DNA from: an uncultured virus (IMG/VR IMGVR_UViG_3300003876_000001)
Lineage: Duplodnaviria; Heunggongvirae; Uroviricota; Caudoviricetes
IMG/VR virus record: IMGVR_UViG_3300003876_000001
Coordinates: 62,001 to 126,000 of that record
DNA: 64,000 bases
Direction: 5' to 3' (one strand)
Shown here: one piece after another, positions 60,422 through 64,000 of the stretch
How positions within the stretch are numbered: the first letter of the stretch is position 1
Layout of the letters: the number at the start of each line of letters is the position of its first letter
The notes under the pieces: model-generated
What the model was told of the DNA's origin: nothing
Databases searched by the model: none
What the model saw: only the letters and a program-made list of their open reading frames with translations
Made by a program: the position numbers and the translations under genes

Positions 60422-61197
60422 AAAAAGTATTAGTAATAGGAGATAGTTGTTTGGATGTATTCCAATATGGAAAATGTAATAGAATAAGTCCTGAAGCACC
60501 AGTACCAATATTTGAACCAACAAATACGGAAAGTAATGTAGGTATGGCTGAAAATGTATTAAATAATTTATTAGCATTGAATGTTCATGTTGATATTATT
60601 ACAAACGATTCAGATAAACCTACAAAAGTAAGATATGTTGATGAAGTATCAAATCAAATGCTTTTACGTATAGATACTGAAGATAAAGTTAAACCATTAA
60701 AAAGTTTTTGGGGTAAATTAAAACTAACGCATTGGGATGGTGTTGTTATCTCTGACTATAATAAAGGGTTTTTAGATGAAGAAATTATATTTAAAATAGT
60801 TACATATTGTAAGGGACATAAAATACCAACATTTCTAGATACTAAGAAAAAAATAGGTAGTTGGGCAAATGATATTAATTTCATTAAAATTAATGAAAAA
60901 GAATATTTGGAAAATGAAGATGAGTTATATGGGTTTAAAAATCATCTTATAACAACACTAGGAAAAGAGGGTGCTAAACATTATGATAAGACATTAGGAA
61001 CAACTATAATACACCCAATTAAAAACAAATCAGAAGTTCGAGATTTATCAGGAGCTGGTGATACATTTTTAGCTAGTTTTGTTGCGGATTATCTAGAAAA
61101 TAACGATATTGCATCTGCAATTAATTTTGCAAACAGATGTGCATCATATGTTGTTACACAAAAGGGGGTTGTTGTTGTAGATAATGATAAAATTTAA
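60418..61197 (+). CDS. HldE domain I-like (RfaE1) sugar kinase, PfkB family
   Basis: IGDSCLD, RISPEAPVP, SDYNKG, DLSGAGDTF. Confidence 0.88.
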   Translation: MKKVLVIGDSCLDVFQYGKCNRISPEAPVPIFEPTNTESNVGMAENVLNNLLALNVHVDIITNDSDKPTKVRYVDEVSNQMLLRIDTEDKVKPLKSFWGKLKLTHWDGVVISDYNKGFLDEEIIFKIVTYCKGHKIPTFLDTKKKIGSWANDINFIKINEKEYLENEDELYGFKNHLITTLGKEGAKHYDKTLGTTIIHPIKNKSEVRDLSGAGDTFLASFVADYLENNDIASAINFANRCASYVVTQKGVVVVDNDKI

Positions 61198-61841
61198 TGT
61201 TCAAAATAGGTAATATTATATATGAAGATGAATTAGTTAATCATACTAAGGTTGATTATATTAATTATATTGATATGAAAAATGGTGGTAATGATTTAAA
61301 TATACCAACAGATATACCAATATTGTTTGTAGGGTGGAATCAGTTTAAAGTAACACTCAATGATTTCCATGATAAAATATCAATTCTAAATAAAGAAATC
61401 AAATCAAATCAATTATATTGGGAATTTTCTTTCAATGAAAATAAAGCACAACATGTAGGTGGAATAGAAATGTTTGTTAGAAATGCACCGTATTATTATT
61501 TTAGAGGTAAATATACATATAAAAATATTGATCCCATATTTGATAAAATATCTAATTTAGAAAATTTTAAAAATATACTACCTAATGAAAAATTTAATAC
61601 ATTTCAATATAAGGATGAAATGATTTACATATTAGATAATAATAATAATATATTTGGTATTGATTTAAAAATGTATGAATATTTTAATTTTAATCTAGAT
61701 AAATTAACATCTATTCTTATTGATAGAAGTATTACAACAAAACACGATATAGATGGTTCTATCTATCAAAAACAATATAAAATTTTTCCTTTTTTCGAAG
61801 AATTAAAAAGATACCTAGTAGTTTTAATGTTAAAACCTTAG
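61197..61841 (+). CDS. Hypothetical protein
   Basis: 214-aa coupled ORF. Confidence 0.65.
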   Translation: MFKIGNIIYEDELVNHTKVDYINYIDMKNGGNDLNIPTDIPILFVGWNQFKVTLNDFHDKISILNKEIKSNQLYWEFSFNENKAQHVGGIEMFVRNAPYYYFRGKYTYKNIDPIFDKISNLENFKNILPNEKFNTFQYKDEMIYILDNNNNIFGIDLKMYEYFNFNLDKLTSILIDRSITTKHDIDGSIYQKQYKIFPFFEELKRYLVVLMLKP

Positions 61842-61860
61842 TTTTTTAGTTTAAGTCTAT

Positions 61861-62178
61861 AATAACATAAAAAAATGGACGTATGAAAATAGTAAATTAG
61901 AAGCACTAAAATATGAATTTTTACATGAATTTAGAAAAAATTCTGAAAGAGTATATAAAGTTTGTAATAAAAATAAATGAATAAAATTAAATAGAAGAAA
62001 AACAGGTGGAATTGGGAGTTGTTCTACTGTATTGGATTTTAATAGAATGAATAAATTGATTAGAAAATATGATTGTTTGGATGAATTTAAAAATGATGAC
62101 ATTGAACTATATAACATTGCAAAAAGAAGTGGTTGAGTTAATTGTTTATTTGTTTGTGAAGATTTAATGAATTTGTAA
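61861..62178 (+). pseudogene. Remnant of 47891-type endonuclease with nuclease domain deleted
   Basis: KKWTYENSKLEALKY...KNK*IKLNRRKTGGIG...AKRSG*; TGA at 61978 and 62134 where the paralog has Trp. Confidence 0.65.
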
Positions 62179-62216
62179 GTATTTATATAAAATAACTTTA
62201 TTTTAAAAAAAAAATA

Positions 62217-62396
62217 ATGAAAGATAATAATGAAAAAGTATTAAATGATTTTCTTGGTACTGAAGAAGAGGTTGTTGATGAAAAGATTAAGAACGAAAAA
62301 AAAATAATCCTAGATGAACGTGAGGGATTGATTGAGAGAATTGATCGTACATTTGTAGATAGTAAAGGTCGTCAATTATTAAGAGAGCAATACTAA
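62217..62396 (+). CDS. Small late protein (59 aa, not in ORF track)
   Basis: MKDNNE...EGLIERID......GRQLLREQY; late motif at 62178. Confidence 0.65.
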   Translation: MKDNNEKVLNDFLGTEEEVVDEKIKNEKKIILDEREGLIERIDRTFVDSKGRQLLREQY

Positions 62397-62408
62397 AACT
62401 TTTAAAAT

Positions 62409-63119
62409 ATGGCAATAGAGAAAAAGAAATCTATGAACGAAACCGTTGATAGAATGAAATACTTGTTCAAATATACGTTGAATGAGGCTAGTTATACCCT
62501 TATTGATGGAATAGAGGAAGATGATAGTATTCCAGAAGAAATCTGGACAGAACCATCATCGGTATCACCTGTATCTCCTAACAATTCTAATGTTATGGAA
62601 GATGAAGAACCACAAATGGATAACGAAGGATTGCCTGTTGAAGAACCTGTACCTGCTGAAGGTGAATTTCCAAAAGAAGAAATGGGAGTTGAAGACCCTA
62701 TGGCTATGGATGGTGAAATGAGTATGGAAGAACCAATACCAGAAGAACCAGCACCACCATCAGCAGATGAAATACAAAATAATATATTAAAGTCAAGCAT
62801 ATCTGCAATGCAGAAAATGAATGATGAATTAAATAGTTTAGAATCAACATTAGGTATGTTGAATTCAAAGATTGATGGATTAAACAAAGAAGTTGAAGAA
62901 GTTAGAGAACCAACTAATGTTGAAAAATTAATGTCAAAAAAGGAAGATTCACATCCCTTTTATTATAATTTAAATGATATGTGGGATGGTAATTCATTTC
63001 AAGCAAGAAGACAAGTTGAAAATAGTGAAGGTATGAAACAAACTGATGATGGTTCATTTGTTGCTGATTTTGATACACTACCTAAATACACAGATCAAGA
63101 AGTAACTGACAGTTTTTAA
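62409..63119 (+). CDS. Acidic putative head/scaffold-associated protein
   Basis: NETVDRMKYL....LNE leader, Glu/Pro-rich linker, coiled coil. Confidence 0.5.
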   Translation: MAIEKKKSMNETVDRMKYLFKYTLNEASYTLIDGIEEDDSIPEEIWTEPSSVSPVSPNNSNVMEDEEPQMDNEGLPVEEPVPAEGEFPKEEMGVEDPMAMDGEMSMEEPIPEEPAPPSADEIQNNILKSSISAMQKMNDELNSLESTLGMLNSKIDGLNKEVEEVREPTNVEKLMSKKEDSHPFYYNLNDMWDGNSFQARRQVENSEGMKQTDDGSFVADFDTLPKYTDQEVTDSF

Positions 63120-63121
63120 TT

Positions 63122-64000
63122 ATGAGAGTACATAAAAAAATAGGCACTAAAGAAAAACTTTTTGAAATGTTCGAAAACGTTAATAAGATTAAATTAAATG
63201 AGGAAATCCACAATACTTCGATTGATGATTTAAAACAATATGATAGACTTGAAGATTCTGAAGGAAATCAATTTTCAATACAAAGTTTTGAAGATGGTCA
63301 TGTTAATGTAAGGGGTGATAGGGGAGGTAAATTTATTGCAAATAATGAGTTAAAGTATTATAAAAAAAGACCATCAATAGGTAAATTTGATACAAATGAA
63401 TCATTTGATTCTCCAAAGGAAAAAGATAAAAAATATTTAGATAAGACTGTTGGTGATGAAAGTTCACAAGTTTCTAAATATGATGATGGTATACGTTATC
63501 CAGTAGAAGATAGGTTAAAAGTTAAAGACCCATCATTAGAAAAACTTAAAGGTGATGATGCTCCAATTAAAGAAGCGTTTGATGAAGATGATCAAGATGT
63601 TGTAGATAAAAATTCTGAAGAAACACAATTAGATGTAAATCCTGATGAAGAACCAGTAGATAATGATGATGGTGAAAGTGCTGAAGAAAAACCAGCGTGG
63701 GATGAAAATTTTGGTGATGAACCAGAACCTGATGATATGGAAATGGATACACTCCCACCAGATGAAGCAGCAGAAGATGCACCAGAATTAGGTGGTGAAA
63801 TTGAAAATGGTGGTGTTGAACAAATGACAAATACTATGGAAGAACCACATGTTGATCAAATCGAAGGTGGTTTAGCAGATGATGCACAACCTAGTGATTT
63901 TTGTCCTGTTCAAATTGCTAAAGGTATTCAAGTAGAAATGGAACATACGGATGATCCTCACAAAGCATTAGAAATTGCAATGGATCATTTAACCGAAATT
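63122..64000 (+). CDS. Acidic putative virion protein with DUF5661-like domain, 3'-truncated
   Basis: Open from ATG 63122 to window end; GGLADD..KGIQVEMEHTDD...A.EIAMDHL.E. Confidence 0.7.
   Translation, partial: MRVHKKIGTKEKLFEMFENVNKIKLNEEIHNTSIDDLKQYDRLEDSEGNQFSIQSFEDGHVNVRGDRGGKFIANNELKYYKKRPSIGKFDTNESFDSPKEKDKKYLDKTVGDESSQVSKYDDGIRYPVEDRLKVKDPSLEKLKGDDAPIKEAFDEDDQDVVDKNSEETQLDVNPDEEPVDNDDGESAEEKPAWDENFGDEPEPDDMEMDTLPPDEAAEDAPELGGEIENGGVEQMTNTMEEPHVDQIEGGLADDAQPSDFCPVQIAKGIQVEMEHTDDPHKALEIAMDHLTEI

Noticed and set aside
46952..61841. Glycan cluster as contaminating bacterial O-antigen locus
   Set aside because: Same composition as the flanks, phage promoter motif and endonucleases inside, and no wzx/wzy or other membrane assembly genes
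61861..62178. Two in-frame TGA codons at expected Trp positions, suggesting TGA=Trp recoding
   Set aside because: Many intact genes end in TGA with ATGA coupling (e.g. 8823, 10334, 53318) and use TGG for Trp; this is a decayed remnant
5436..63830. Antisense/overlapping ORFs in the track (e.g. 5436, 8456, 9997, 37561, 41575, 62492, 63567)
   Set aside because: Shadows of well-supported genes with no motifs of their own
1..64000. tRNA, rRNA or group I intron
   Set aside because: No cloverleaf or intron core recognised by eye and intergenic gaps are mostly short; tRNAscan/Infernal would be needed to exclude them

Overview
This is a very AT-rich segment of a jumbo myophage genome. The host is most likely a Bacteroidetes (Flavobacteriia-like) bacterium, based on TAnnTTTG promoters and Bacteroidetes-style lipoproteins. 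The window carries T4-like neck, tail and baseplate genes (neck, terminator, sheath, tube, spike, chaperone, tape measure, hub) and a gp55-like late sigma factor. It also has intein-containing UvrD helicase and PhoH genes, auxiliary genes (phenylalanine hydroxylase, PTH2-like, dUTPase, KTSC, split HldE), many free-standing endonuclease genes and remnants, and a ~14 kb sugar-nucleotide/glycosyltransferase cluster. Three promoter classes are readable in the sequence. The most notable observations are: (1) a late-promoter motif in front of most of the glycan cluster, suggesting virion glycosylation; (2) an HTH gene carrying phased palindromic TATTGTC-N8-GACAATA sites, next to a promoter-bearing structured non-coding region; (3) nuclease-GNAT fusion genes, one in an RHH cassette bracketed by a 31-bp duplication of a bidirectional promoter; (4) lipoprotein cassettes with an identical signal sequence; (5) a probable -1 frameshift in the tail chaperone; (6) several deletion scars, including thyA. 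All protein calls come from motif recognition by eye; no database searches were run.
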